Source of the DNA: an uncultured Solirubrobacteraceae bacterium
Lineage (GTDB): Bacteria > Actinomycetota > Thermoleophilia > Solirubrobacterales > Solirubrobacteraceae
Assembly (NCBI GenBank): GCA_964588985.1
Contig: CAZPQW010000010.1
Location: forward strand, 52,745 to 116,744
DNA length: 64,000 bases
Direction: 5' to 3'
Positions 1-9,909 of this stretch are shown here, in pieces (positions within the stretch are counted from its first letter, which is position 1; every line of letters starts with the position of its first letter). The position numbers and the translations under genes were made by a program. The notes under the pieces were generated by a model, which saw only the letters and a program-made list of their open reading frames with translations, had not been told where the DNA came from and made no database searches.

Positions 1-972
1 GCGGGCGCGGTGGAGACGCTCGGCCGCGCGCGCACGGTGCTGTTCGACAAGACCGGCACGCTCACGGTGGGCACACCCGAGATGCGAGAAGTCCTCCCCG
101 GAGATGGGATGGAGCGCTCGGAGCTGCTGCGGCTCGCCGCGTCGGTCGACCAGATGTCCGCGCACGTCCTCGGCGCGGCGCTCGTCAGCGCGGCGCACGA
201 CGCGGGCATCGTCTTGAGCCCGGCCGCAGAAGTGCGCGAGGAGCCCGGCCAGGGCATCGCGGGCTCGGTGGAGGGCCGTCGCGTCGCCGTGGGGAGTCGC
301 TCGTTCGTGCAAGCCGCGGGCGTCCTGGAGGACGAGATCGCCTCGGCGGCCGTGATGAGCGGCAGGGGCTCGGGGGAGGCGCGTGTATTCGTGGGCGTCG
401 ACGGTCGCCTCGGCGGTGTGATCGTGATGGCTGACGAGCTGCGCCAGGACGCCGATCGGATCGTCGAGCGGCTGCGCGCGGAGGGGGTCCGCCACGTGGC
501 GATGGTCTCCGGCGACCGCCGTTCGGTGGCGGAGCGAATCGGCGCGGCCCTGGGCGTGGACCGCGTGTACTCCGAGCAGTCCCCCGAGCAGAAGCTCGAG
601 GTCGTCAGGCGCCTGCGCGCCGACCCCGATCTGTGCCCGGTGGTGATGGTGGGCGACGGCGTCAACGACGCGCCCGCCCTCGCGCTGGCCGACGTCGGTA
701 TTGCGCTCGGCGCGGCCGGCGCGACGATCTCCTCGGAGACCGCGGACGCGGTGATCACGGTGGACCGCATCGACCGTGTGGCGGATGCGATCCACGCCGG
801 ACGCCGCGCGCTGCACATCGCGCACCAGAGCGTGCTCGCGGGCATGGGCTTGAGTCTCGTGGCGATGGCGGTGGCCGGGTTTGGATATCTGCCGCCGGTG
901 GCTGGCGCGCTCCTTCAGGAGGGCATCGACCTGGCCGTGATCCTCAACGCGCTGCGCGCGCTTCGGGGTTAG
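1..972 (+). CDS. Heavy-metal P1B-type ATPase, C-terminal part (gene starts before the window)
   Basis: DKTGTLT phosphorylation motif, GDGVNDAPALA hinge, final TM with QEGID. Confidence 0.95.
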   Translation, partial: AGAVETLGRARTVLFDKTGTLTVGTPEMREVLPGDGMERSELLRLAASVDQMSAHVLGAALVSAAHDAGIVLSPAAEVREEPGQGIAGSVEGRRVAVGSRSFVQAAGVLEDEIASAAVMSGRGSGEARVFVGVDGRLGGVIVMADELRQDADRIVERLRAEGVRHVAMVSGDRRSVAERIGAALGVDRVYSEQSPEQKLEVVRRLRADPDLCPVVMVGDGVNDAPALALADVGIALGAAGATISSETADAVITVDRIDRVADAIHAGRRALHIAHQSVLAGMGLSLVAMAVAGFGYLPPVAGALLQEGIDLAVILNALRALRG

Positions 973-1063
973 CCGACGCGTCCACGCGCTCGACTTGCCG
1001 CTCAGGAATCGGGCTCGAGCGGCCGACCTATGGGCAGCAAAAGCTTCCAGGGGGTCAGCGGAC

Positions 1064-3196
1064 GTGAGCGCAACAGCGTCGAAGTCATCGATAGTGAGTC
1101 GTGCGAGCAGGCGGATCGGCCTGATCGTGCTCAGTGCGTGCATCCTGACGGTGGGCGCCAGCTCGACCGCGTCCGGCTTTCCGTCGCGCGCGTCGTTCCG
1201 GGCTCAGCGCCTGTGCGGCACGCCGCGCCCGCGCACCGCTTCGTGCCTCGGCATGAGGCTGATCTCGAAGTCGATCACGACCGCGGCGCTGCGGGCAAGC
1301 GCGCGCAGGCAGGCGGCGGAGCTCGCCGCCGGTGTGACCCCGCAGGCCGTCAACAAGACGGTCCCGGGCGGCTTCACGCCGGCGGGCCTGCACACCGCGT
1401 ACTCGCTGCCGACCGAAGCTCCGGGCTCCGCTACGCAGACGGTCGCGGTGGTCGACGCGTACAACGACCCGACCGCGGAAGCGGACCTCGCGGTGTATGA
1501 CACAACTTTCGGCCTGCCCGCGTGCACGACGAAGAACGGCTGCTTTCGCAAGATCAACGAGTCTGGGAAAGCGAGCCCGCTTCCCTCGACGCAGGGCGAA
1601 TGGGCGAACGAGATATCGCTCGACGTGCAGATGGCGCACGCGATCTGCCAGAACTGCCACATCCTGCTGGTGGAGGCGAGCAGCTCGGGCTACGCCGACC
1701 TCGGCACCGCGGTGGACGCCGCGGTGAGCGCGGGAGCGACTGAGATCAGCAACTCATACGGCGGAGCGGAGGCGTCCGGCATCGCGGCCTACAACACGCT
1801 CTACAACCACCCGGGCGTGGTCGTCACGGTCTCCTCGGGAGACTGCGGGTACTTCAACGAAGCGTGCCACGGCACAGCGGCGGCGAACTTCCCGGCATCC
1901 TCCCCCGACGTGGTCGCGGTGGGCGGCACCTCGCTGCGCAAGACCGGGGAAACATGGGGCAGCACGGTGTGGAACGACGGCGGCAGCGGGTGCAGTCACG
2001 TGTTCACCGCCGATCTGTGGCAGAGCTCGGTGGAATCCTTCTCGGCGACGGGCTGCGGCAGCGGCCGCGCGGTGGCTGACATCTCGGCGGTGGCCGACCC
2101 GTACACCGGTGTGGATGTGTACGACACCACCCCGGCGGGCAGCGGAGCCTCGACGGGCTGGGAGGTCCTGGGCGGTACCTCGGCGGCCTCGCCGATCCTC
2201 GCCGCGGAGTTCGGGCTCGCGGCAGGCGCGCGCGGCATCAACTACCCGGCGGCGACGCTGTTCTCGCACGCAGGCGAAGGCGGCGCTCTCTACGACGTGA
2301 CGTCCGGCAGCAACGGCTCGTGCTCGGGCACGACCGCGTGCAAAGCGGCCGCGGGCTTCGACGCCCCCACCGGGGTCGGCAGCCCCGTCGGGCTGACGGC
2401 CTTCGAAGTCTCGGGCAGCCCCGCGAACACATCCGCTCCGACGGTCTCGGGAACGGCCGAACAGGCCCAGACGCTGACGGCGACCAACGGCGAATGGAGT
2501 TCCAGCCCGACCTCCTACGCCTACCAGTGGGAGCTGTGCAACAAGTCGGGCGCGAGCTGCTCGGCGATCTCGGGCGCGACATCGAAAACCCTCACGCTCC
2601 CGGCGGGCGCAATCGGGTCGACGGTCCGTGCGGTGGTGAGCGCGACCAACGCGACCGGCGGCGGGACGCCGGCGCAGTCCGCTCAGACCTCGACGGTCGA
2701 ATCGAACGTGCCGCACGTCGCGAGCGTGTCGCCGACGAGCGCGATCACGGGCAGCACGGTGACGATCACGGGCGGCGGCCTGACGGGGACGACCCTGGTG
2801 CGGTTCGGCTCGCTGTCGGCGACCTTCAAAGTGCTCTCCTCGACGCAGATCGAAGCCACCGTGCCCAGCGGCGCGGTCGCGGGCACCGTCTCGATCACCA
2901 CCTCTCCCGTGAAAGCCGCCTCGAGCTCAGTCAAGTTCACGCCCTCGTTTTCGGTGACCGGCATGTCGCCCGGCCGCGCGGCCGTGGGGGCGACGGTGAC
3001 GATCAAAGGGGTCGGGTTCACGCCCAGCTCCGCTGTGAGCTTCAAAGGCACAGCGGCGACGAGCGTGACCTACGTCTCGGCGACCTCGCTCAAGGCGGTC
3101 GTGCCCTCGGGCGCGAGCACGGGGCTGATCACCGTGACGAACAGCGCGGCGCCCGTCGGGGCAGTGACGAGCGCCGGCAGTTTCGTCGTTGCTTAG
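1064..3196 (+). CDS. Secreted S53 (sedolisin-like) serine peptidase with C-terminal Ig-like/IPT-TIG domains
   Basis: Signal peptide, EISLD, SSGDCG, GGTSAASP motifs; two IPT-like repeats (VASVSPTS..GSTVTITG, VTGMSPGR..GATVTIKG); GTG start at 1064 is a judgement call. Confidence 0.85.
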   Translation: MSATASKSSIVSRASRRIGLIVLSACILTVGASSTASGFPSRASFRAQRLCGTPRPRTASCLGMRLISKSITTAALRASARRQAAELAAGVTPQAVNKTVPGGFTPAGLHTAYSLPTEAPGSATQTVAVVDAYNDPTAEADLAVYDTTFGLPACTTKNGCFRKINESGKASPLPSTQGEWANEISLDVQMAHAICQNCHILLVEASSSGYADLGTAVDAAVSAGATEISNSYGGAEASGIAAYNTLYNHPGVVVTVSSGDCGYFNEACHGTAAANFPASSPDVVAVGGTSLRKTGETWGSTVWNDGGSGCSHVFTADLWQSSVESFSATGCGSGRAVADISAVADPYTGVDVYDTTPAGSGASTGWEVLGGTSAASPILAAEFGLAAGARGINYPAATLFSHAGEGGALYDVTSGSNGSCSGTTACKAAAGFDAPTGVGSPVGLTAFEVSGSPANTSAPTVSGTAEQAQTLTATNGEWSSSPTSYAYQWELCNKSGASCSAISGATSKTLTLPAGAIGSTVRAVVSATNATGGGTPAQSAQTSTVESNVPHVASVSPTSAITGSTVTITGGGLTGTTLVRFGSLSATFKVLSSTQIEATVPSGAVAGTVSITTSPVKAASSSVKFTPSFSVTGMSPGRAAVGATVTIKGVGFTPSSAVSFKGTAATSVTYVSATSLKAVVPSGASTGLITVTNSAAPVGAVTSAGSFVVA

Positions 3197-3211
3197 AACC
3201 TGTTTCTTAGC

Positions 3212-3766
3212 CTATTTCCATTCGAGCGTGCCGCCTCCGATGAGCCCGACCAGGGCATCGCCCGAGAGAGTGCCGTTGCTTTCTTCGGCGTAGGTGCACG
3301 CGGCTCCGGTGCCCGAGGAGTCGACGTGCTTGAGTTCCGCGACTTTTTCTATCTGTTTGTTGGTGTTCTTGTATTTGATCGTGAACAGGTTCTGATTTTT
3401 GGCTGAGGGGAAGGTGACCTGACACGCGGTCACTTTGACCGTCACTGTCTTGAGCAGGCTGACCCCGCCTTCGGCGGTGGACCTTACGTTGACCGGGCTG
3501 ACGGTGGCAAGCAGGCCAAAGGCTTTGCAGTTTTCAAACTTGATCGTGGAGGTGATGGTGGCGGATTTGGTGGTGGTGACTTCACCGGCTAAGAGCGATG
3601 CGCCGGCGCATTCGGAGGTGCCGGCCGCACTGGTGAACACTGTGCTGCGAAGCACTTTGATGGTGGTTTTGCCGGTCGTGCTGGCCACGAATTCGTGAGC
3701 GCTGGCCGAGGCGCCGCCGGCGATCAGGAAGAGAAACAGCAGGGGGGTGGCTATGGTTCGCTTCAT
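3212..3766 (-). CDS. Secreted beta-rich hypothetical protein (184 aa, 4 Cys)
   Basis: Signal peptide ending ASA-HEF, GGAG RBS, Thr/Lys-rich sequence. Confidence 0.8.
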   Translation of the reverse strand: MKRTIATPLLFLFLIAGGASASAHEFVASTTGKTTIKVLRSTVFTSAAGTSECAGASLLAGEVTTTKSATITSTIKFENCKAFGLLATVSPVNVRSTAEGGVSLLKTVTVKVTACQVTFPSAKNQNLFTIKYKNTNKQIEKVAELKHVDSSGTGAACTYAEESNGTLSGDALVGLIGGGTLEWK

Positions 3767-3883
3767 TGCGTGCAGCTCCAGATGGTCGGGGGTCGTTTGA
3801 GCGTCGAGCGGGCTCCGGGGGTGGGGGTTTGTTGGAGTTGGCTGGGCTGTCCAACGGGGCTGCGGCGAGCGTACAAGATCGAT

Positions 3884-3900
3884 GTTGACGTGATGTCAAC
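3884..3900. promoter_or_regulatory. Palindromic operator-like site GTTGAC-N5-GTCAAC
   Basis: Perfect 6-bp inverted repeat upstream of the secreted-protein gene. Confidence 0.45.
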
Positions 3901-3963
3901 TAGCAGCAGAAGACGGCTTGGTGCCTGTAAATCAGGCTCAGGAGTCTGGGTGAATGTCTTTGA

Positions 3964-6039
3964 CTATCGGGGCGAGTAACCGGGGATGAGCCACTTCGGC
4001 CGCCACCAGTTCCAATGACCCAAGAGCGCCATCAAGCTGGGTACCAGCAGCGCACGGACGATCGTGGCGTCGAGTGCGACGGCGAACACCATGCCGAGGG
4101 CGGCTTCTTTTACGAACAGCGTGGTGGCGGTGCCCAGCGCGCCTACCGTGACGCAGAACAGCAACGCCGCGGAGGTGATGATCCGCCCTGTTCTCTCGAG
4201 CCCCTGTGCGACGGCGTCTCGGTTGGACAGCCCCGCGTCGCGCGCCTCCTTGATGCGCATGAGCAGGAAGACGCCATAGTCGGTGGACAGCCCGAATGTC
4301 CCGGCGCCGAGGAGGATCGGCTGCGTGAGGACCAGCGCGCCGATGCCGCGGTACCCGAGGATGCCCTGGAGGCGACCGTCCTGGAAGATGAACACGAGCA
4401 GGCCGAGCGCCGCCGAGAGCGATAGAGCGTTCATGAGCACCGCCTTGACGGGCAGGACGACGGAGCCGGTGGCGAGGAAGAGGATGAGCAGGGTGGTGAG
4501 GAGCAGGATTGCCATCGCGAGGGGCAGGTGCGACCGCAGCGATGAGGCGGTGTCTATGTAGTTCGCCGTCGAGCCGGTGACTGCGAGGTGGTAGGGGCTG
4601 GCGCGTATGGCGCGCACGAGGCGTTGCGACGCGGAGGAGAACGGCGCATGTATCTCCTTGATGTTGAACGTCCAGAGCGTGGCGGTGAGGTGGTTGGTCT
4701 GCCCGAGCGCGATGTTCGCCAGCTTCTCCATGTAGGGCATCACGACCTTGGTGATCTTGTGGGAGTCGCCGTGCGCGACGACGATGACTTCGTCGAGCAG
4801 GGGCTGGTCGAACTCGGCTCTTATGCGATCGTCGAACTGGCGCGCGCTGGTGCTCGACGGCAGCGAGACCGAGCCCAGTCCGGTGAAGCGCACGTCCAGG
4901 AGCGGGGAGCCCATCGTCAGCAGCGCGCACGAGGCGAGGAGCGCTACCGAGAGCGGATGTGCCATGACAAAGCGCGCGAGGCGATGCCATGAGCCACGTC
5001 GTGTGGGTGGTGCTGACTCGCTCGTGGGTGTCCGCCGGCGTCGAAGCCCGAGTGAGTTGACGCGGTGGCCCAGAAGCGAGAACGCGGCCGGGAGGACCAC
5101 GAGCGACACGGCTCCCGAGAGCAGCGCGGCGAGGACGCCGCCGACGGCGAGTGAGCGGAGGAAGTCGATGGGGAAGACCAGGGGGGAAGCGAAGGCCGCG
5201 GCGATCGTGAGAGAGCTGACCACCACGGTTCGGCCGGCCGTTCTGACGCTCGTCGCGACTGCGTCGGAGGGGCTGAAGCCAAGGGCGAGCTCTTCGCGAT
5301 AGCGGGAGACGAGCAGCAGGCTGTAGTCGAGCGAGAGCCCGACGGTGAGACCGGCGACGAGGTCGAGCGCCAGGATCGAGATCGGATGGATCGCGGCGAC
5401 GATCCGCAGGCCGAGCATCGCCAGGCTGAGAGCCAATCCTCCGGTGATGACGGGCAGGGCGGCCGCGAGCACGCCGCGGAAGATCACGAGGGCGAGGAGC
5501 AGGATGAGCGGCAGGGCGACGAGCTCGGCTCTGAGCAGGTCGCGCTTCGCCTGCGAGGTGAACTCCTGATGGATGAGGGCGCTGCCGCCGACGGCGACGC
5601 CCGCGAACCGGTGGAGGCGGTGCGCGAGCTGGACGGCTGTCTCGCCGGCGTTCGATTCACTGCGCAGATAGCCGATCAGCGCGGTGTAGCGGCCGTTGCG
5701 CGACTGGAACGTGCGGGGGACGACGATCGCGACAGATTGCATCGCGGCGATCGCTTCGGAGGTGTAGGGGCGGTTGAGCGGGATGATCGCCTCGATGTTG
5801 GGAAAGGCGGTCGGTCCGATGGTGGATTTGAGGAGTTCGGCTGTGCGGTAGCTCTCGGTGCCCCGGCTGTAGAATTCGATGCCGCCGCTGGAGAGGTGGT
5901 CGGGGGTGCGGGCGCCGACGACGGCCGCGAATACGCCGAGCAGGGCGACGGCGATCAGCGTGCGAATTGGCGCGCGTATGCCGACGCTGACGAGCCTGTT
6001 GGGCGGCTTGCGCGGACGCGTGGCGATGGCGGTGTCCAC
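3964..6039 (-). CDS. MMPL/RND family transporter
   Basis: Two TM bundles with GLSLDYSLLLVSRYREE and GLSTDYGVFLLMRIKE; C-terminal LLGHWNWWRP. Confidence 0.93.
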   Translation of the reverse strand: MDTAIATRPRKPPNRLVSVGIRAPIRTLIAVALLGVFAAVVGARTPDHLSSGGIEFYSRGTESYRTAELLKSTIGPTAFPNIEAIIPLNRPYTSEAIAAMQSVAIVVPRTFQSRNGRYTALIGYLRSESNAGETAVQLAHRLHRFAGVAVGGSALIHQEFTSQAKRDLLRAELVALPLILLLALVIFRGVLAAALPVITGGLALSLAMLGLRIVAAIHPISILALDLVAGLTVGLSLDYSLLLVSRYREELALGFSPSDAVATSVRTAGRTVVVSSLTIAAAFASPLVFPIDFLRSLAVGGVLAALLSGAVSLVVLPAAFSLLGHRVNSLGLRRRRTPTSESAPPTRRGSWHRLARFVMAHPLSVALLASCALLTMGSPLLDVRFTGLGSVSLPSSTSARQFDDRIRAEFDQPLLDEVIVVAHGDSHKITKVVMPYMEKLANIALGQTNHLTATLWTFNIKEIHAPFSSASQRLVRAIRASPYHLAVTGSTANYIDTASSLRSHLPLAMAILLLTTLLILFLATGSVVLPVKAVLMNALSLSAALGLLVFIFQDGRLQGILGYRGIGALVLTQPILLGAGTFGLSTDYGVFLLMRIKEARDAGLSNRDAVAQGLERTGRIITSAALLFCVTVGALGTATTLFVKEAALGMVFAVALDATIVRALLVPSLMALLGHWNWWRPKWLIPGYSPR

Positions 6040-6151
6040 AGCGGGCGAGGCACTCTAGGTCGGTCGGTTGGCGGCGTCAAAGGCCACCGAGCTGCTCGTG
6101 GAGAAAGGCTGGTCTCCGGGCTGGCGCGTCGATCAGAGTGTTTCTGGCACG

Positions 6152-7486
6152 TCAACCGCCCAGCGCGAACAGCGGCCACTTCCCGGGCACGCCCTTCAGC
6201 TCGCGGTAGCCGCGGTCCTCGAACGTGAACGGCCCGCCGACGACGGTGCCGAACACGGTGCCCGACACGAGCACCTCGCCGGGGCCGGCAAGCCCGTTGA
6301 CCCGCGAGGCGATGTGTACGGCCATGCCGCCGACGTCGTCGCCGATTAGCTCGCACTCGCCGGTGTGCACGCCGACGCGCTCCTCGATGTCGAGCTCGCG
6401 CGCGGCGGCTGTGATCGCCAGAGCGCAGCGCAGCGCCCGCGAGGGCGGCCCTTCGAAGGTGACGAGGAAGCCGTCGCCGACGGTCTTGACCTCCCGGCCG
6501 CCGAAGCGGGCGAGCTGGGCGCGCACCTTCGCGTCGTGTTGGGCGAGCAGGTCGCGCCAGCGGCTGTCGCCGAGCCTGGCGGCGCGCGCGGTGGCGTCGA
6601 CGATGTCGGTGAACATGACGGTGAGCAGCGCCCGCGCGAGCTCTCCGCCGCTGCGGTCGCCGGTGAGGAACTCCTCGATCTCCTCGACGATGGCGTCGGA
6701 GTCGCCGACGAACGGGAACGAGTCCTGGCCGGCGAGCTCGACGTAGCGGGCGCCGGGGACGTGCTCGGCGAGGTAGCGGGAGTGGCGCACGTCCCAGGCT
6801 TTGTCGTCGCGGCGGTGCATGACGAGCGTGGGGACGCGGATCCGCGGGAGCGACTCGCGGACGTCCTCGTTCATGACGGACTTGGTGATGAGCCGCGCCT
6901 CGGCGGGACTGGCGGAGAGGCGCTGGACGCGCGCGAACCACTCGCCGAGCGCGGGGTCGCCGGCCATGGACGGCGCGAGGATCTCGAGCATCGGGCTGTC
7001 GGCCTCGCCCCAGCCGGCGAAGTTGCGCTCGGAGAGCAGGCCGCGCTCCTCGTGCGTGAGCGCCCAGTCGTAGTCGGGCGCCCAGGAGGTGCGCGACACG
7101 GACGCGTACATGATGAGCGCGCCGACGCGCTCGGGGCACTCGGCGGCGAGCCACGCGCCGACGAGCCCGCCGAGGGCGTAGGTGAAGAGGGCGGCGCGTT
7201 CGCTGCCGGCGGCGTCGAGCACGGCGAGTGCGTCCTGGGCGTCCTGCTCTACGGTCTGCTCGCCCTGCAGTCGGTCGGAGAGCCCGGTGCCGCGCCTGTC
7301 GAACAGGATGAGGCGGTTGAAGACCGCGAGGCGCTCGAGGAAGCGCCGCATCGCGGGGGCGTCCCACAGCTGCTCGATCTGGGAGATCCAGCCGGGCAGG
7401 AACAGCAGATCGAGGGCGCCTTCGCCTGTGACCTGGTAGGCGATGGAGGCGTCGCCGGAGCGGGCGTAGCGGGTGGTGGGGATCAC
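6152..7486 (-). CDS. Alpha/beta-hydrolase-fold plus class III adenylate/guanylate cyclase (LipJ-like)
   Basis: FDRRGTGLSD hydrolase segment; VMFTDIVDAT, KTVGDGF, GVHTGECE, ELKGVPG cyclase motifs. Confidence 0.92.
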   Translation of the reverse strand: MIPTTRYARSGDASIAYQVTGEGALDLLFLPGWISQIEQLWDAPAMRRFLERLAVFNRLILFDRRGTGLSDRLQGEQTVEQDAQDALAVLDAAGSERAALFTYALGGLVGAWLAAECPERVGALIMYASVSRTSWAPDYDWALTHEERGLLSERNFAGWGEADSPMLEILAPSMAGDPALGEWFARVQRLSASPAEARLITKSVMNEDVRESLPRIRVPTLVMHRRDDKAWDVRHSRYLAEHVPGARYVELAGQDSFPFVGDSDAIVEEIEEFLTGDRSGGELARALLTVMFTDIVDATARAARLGDSRWRDLLAQHDAKVRAQLARFGGREVKTVGDGFLVTFEGPPSRALRCALAITAAARELDIEERVGVHTGECELIGDDVGGMAVHIASRVNGLAGPGEVLVSGTVFGTVVGGPFTFEDRGYRELKGVPGKWPLFALGG

Positions 7487-7487
7487 G

Positions 7488-7871
7488 TCACTCGTCTTCG
7501 ATCAGCGACCGGAACGGCGCGGCGGGCTCGACGGTCCCGCCGGCGGCGTGGACGCGATCGGAGAGCCATAAGTCGGAGGTGACGACGCGGATCGCGCCGG
7601 GCTCTGAGTCCTCGGCGAGCAGGCGCACGATCTCGTCGTCGGCGGAGTCGCGGCGCGGGCGCGGGGCGTGGGCGACGATGATGACGCTGGAGCGGATCGG
7701 TGGCCTGGGGGGCTGCTCGAAGACGACGGTGACGTCCTCGCCGTTGACGGCGGCCCAGCGCTCGAGCATGTCGACGAGCTTCACCATGGCGGCGTGCCTG
7801 TCCTTCCACCACGCGTCGGGACGCGTTCCGATCACGTTCATCCCGTCGATGAGCCAGCGCACTGCGGCCAA
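7488..7871 (-). CDS. NYN/PIN-domain (YacP-like) RNase
   Basis: LIDGMNV, SADDEI, VVTSD motifs. Confidence 0.85.
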   Translation of the reverse strand: MAAVRWLIDGMNVIGTRPDAWWKDRHAAMVKLVDMLERWAAVNGEDVTVVFEQPPRPPIRSSVIIVAHAPRPRRDSADDEIVRLLAEDSEPGAIRVVTSDLWLSDRVHAAGGTVEPAAPFRSLIEDE

Positions 7872-7929
7872 GCCTACGTTCTCGCCGCCGCGATCGCGTT
7901 GACAGCTGGATCTGCTGGACTGATGTCAG

Positions 7930-8172
7930 ATGAGGCTCGAGGGCATCCAGACCGGAGACATCGTGGAGGTCGACCACAAAGGCCGTCGCTTCCACGCGAT
8001 CGTGACGGGGCCGGCGCCGGGTGGTCTGGCGCTGCAGCCGACCGATCGGCGCGTCAACTACTACTCGTGCCGCAGCCGCGAGGTGGTGGGCCACTGGGCC
8101 AAGCGCGGTCGTCCGCGTGAGACGAGCGAGCCGCTGCGGCCGTCGCCGCGTCAGCTGGAGATGGACCTGTAG
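7930..8172 (+). CDS. Small hypothetical protein (SH3/KOW-like start, AT-hook-like KRGRPR)
   Basis: GDIVEV beta pattern, typical codon use; 3' end overlaps the convergent gene. Confidence 0.7.
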   Translation: MRLEGIQTGDIVEVDHKGRRFHAIVTGPAPGGLALQPTDRRVNYYSCRSREVVGHWAKRGRPRETSEPLRPSPRQLEMDL

Positions 8173-8738
8173 GCGTCGGCGGCGTCTTGGAGGCGGTCAT
8201 CGCCCCAGAACAGCTCCCCGTCGACGATCACGGTCGGCACCCCGAACACGCCGTGTGCGAGCGCGGCGTCGGTCTCCTCGCGCAGCGCGTGCTTGACGGC
8301 GGGGTCCTTGAGCGCCCCCTGTAGCTCAGAGGGTTCGATCCCGACGCGGCTGCCGGCCTCGAGCACTGAGTCGAGCTCGCCGATGTTCCGGCCCTCGAGG
8401 AAGGAGAGGCGCATCGCGCTGAGCGCGAACGGCTTGAGCAGGTCTCGCGTGTTGGCGTAGGCCATGGCGCGCGCTACGAGCAGGTCGTTGGTGGGCCACG
8501 GATCCGGCCAGCGGATCGGCCCGAGCCCATATGTCTCCGCGCGCGCGTCGCAGTCGGCGATGCCGGCGTCGCGCTCCTCGGTCAGCCCCCAGGAGACGCG
8601 CCGGTTGGACTTGAACATGCCGCCGAGGAATATCCCGTGCCAGCTCGCCTCGGGCAGCAGCCGCTCGATGCGCTCGGCGGAGAACCACGAGTAGGGGGAC
8701 ATCGCGCCGAAGAAGAACCGAGGCCTCTGCACAGCCAT
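8151..8738 (-). CDS. DsbA-family 2-hydroxychromene-2-carboxylate isomerase / kappa-GST-like protein
   Basis: FFFGAMSPYSW and GVFGVPT..GELFWGDDRL; true ATG at 8738 inside the longer ORF. Confidence 0.9.
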   Translation of the reverse strand: MAVQRPRFFFGAMSPYSWFSAERIERLLPEASWHGIFLGGMFKSNRRVSWGLTEERDAGIADCDARAETYGLGPIRWPDPWPTNDLLVARAMAYANTRDLLKPFALSAMRLSFLEGRNIGELDSVLEAGSRVGIEPSELQGALKDPAVKHALREETDAALAHGVFGVPTVIVDGELFWGDDRLQDAADAYRSISS

Positions 8739-8752
8739 CTCTCTAAATGATT

Positions 8753-9889
8753 TTATAGATTGGCTCGGGTCGCGCTGTGACACGCCGGTGGCTTGGCGCC
8801 GCGCCTGGCGGTGAGCGCGAACAGCGCGATGAACACGGCCGCGCCGAGGGCGTTGAGGTAGAGCTTGTAGTCGACCTTGACTTCGCCGAAGATGTCGGCG
8901 CGCGTGGGGCGCACGGCGGGTATGAGGCCGGCGAGGTCGAACAGGCCGTCGACGATCAGCGCGGCGATCACCATGGTGACGAACATCAGCGCGACGATGC
9001 GCAGCGCGAACGGGCGGCCGTAGTACTTGCGGTAGGCGATGACGATCGGCAGGACGATGAGGTCGGCGAACACGAACGCGATCACCCCGCCGAAGCCGAT
9101 CCCTCCGGACCAGAGCACCGCGGCGAGCGGCACGTTGCCGACCGAGCAGACGAAGCTGAGCACGGCGATGAGCGGCCCGAGCACCACGTTCTCGAGCAGG
9201 CGCAGCGGTTCGGGGGCGTGCGTGGCGAACAGGCCGTTGAAGAAGTCGTTGGGAAGCAGGCCGAGGAAGCCGGCGAGCAGGAAGCCGGTGGCGATCTCGC
9301 GGTGGAGCATCGACCAGTCGTTGCGGAAGTTGTGCGCGACGTCCGACCACGAGTCGACCGAGACGAGCCGTTGGCGCAGGGACATGGGCTCGCCGGCTGA
9401 GTGGTGCTGGTGGCCGGGGGCGGCCTCGCGGGCGTGCTCGCGGGCGACCTGTTCGAGCTTGGGCGAGACGAAGAAGCGCAGCAGGAGGGTCATGACGGCG
9501 ACGAGGATCAGCCCGCCGACGAGCTCGGCGAGCGCGAACTGCCAGCCGATCAGAACCCAGATGACGACACCGAGCTCGACGACGAGGTTGGTGGAGGCGA
9601 ACTGGAACGCGAGCGAGCTGGCGGCGGAGGCGCCGCCGACGAACAGCGTGCGCGCGATGGCGATGGCGGCGTAGGAGCAGGAGGAGGACGCGGCGCCGAG
9701 GCCGGTGGCGAGCGACACGGAGCGAAAGCCGCCGGACCCGAGCGTCCGCTGGATGCGCTCGCGCGGGACCCACGCCTGCACGACGCCGGAGATGGCGAAG
9801 CCGAGCACGAGCGCCCACCACACCTCCCACGCCATCAGCAGGGCGTTGGAGAGCCCTTCGAGGACCGTGCTGGGGACGCTGGCGAGCAC
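8753..9889 (-). CDS. DUF318/ArsP-type permease (probable metal or metalloid transporter)
   Basis: GAASSSCSYAA and FVCSVGNVP motifs, His-rich loop HQHH, multiple TMs. Confidence 0.85.
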   Translation of the reverse strand: MLASVPSTVLEGLSNALLMAWEVWWALVLGFAISGVVQAWVPRERIQRTLGSGGFRSVSLATGLGAASSSCSYAAIAIARTLFVGGASAASSLAFQFASTNLVVELGVVIWVLIGWQFALAELVGGLILVAVMTLLLRFFVSPKLEQVAREHAREAAPGHQHHSAGEPMSLRQRLVSVDSWSDVAHNFRNDWSMLHREIATGFLLAGFLGLLPNDFFNGLFATHAPEPLRLLENVVLGPLIAVLSFVCSVGNVPLAAVLWSGGIGFGGVIAFVFADLIVLPIVIAYRKYYGRPFALRIVALMFVTMVIAALIVDGLFDLAGLIPAVRPTRADIFGEVKVDYKLYLNALGAAVFIALFALTARRGAKPPACHSATRANL

Positions 9890-9909
9890 CGAGGTTCACA
9901 CTAGCTCTC

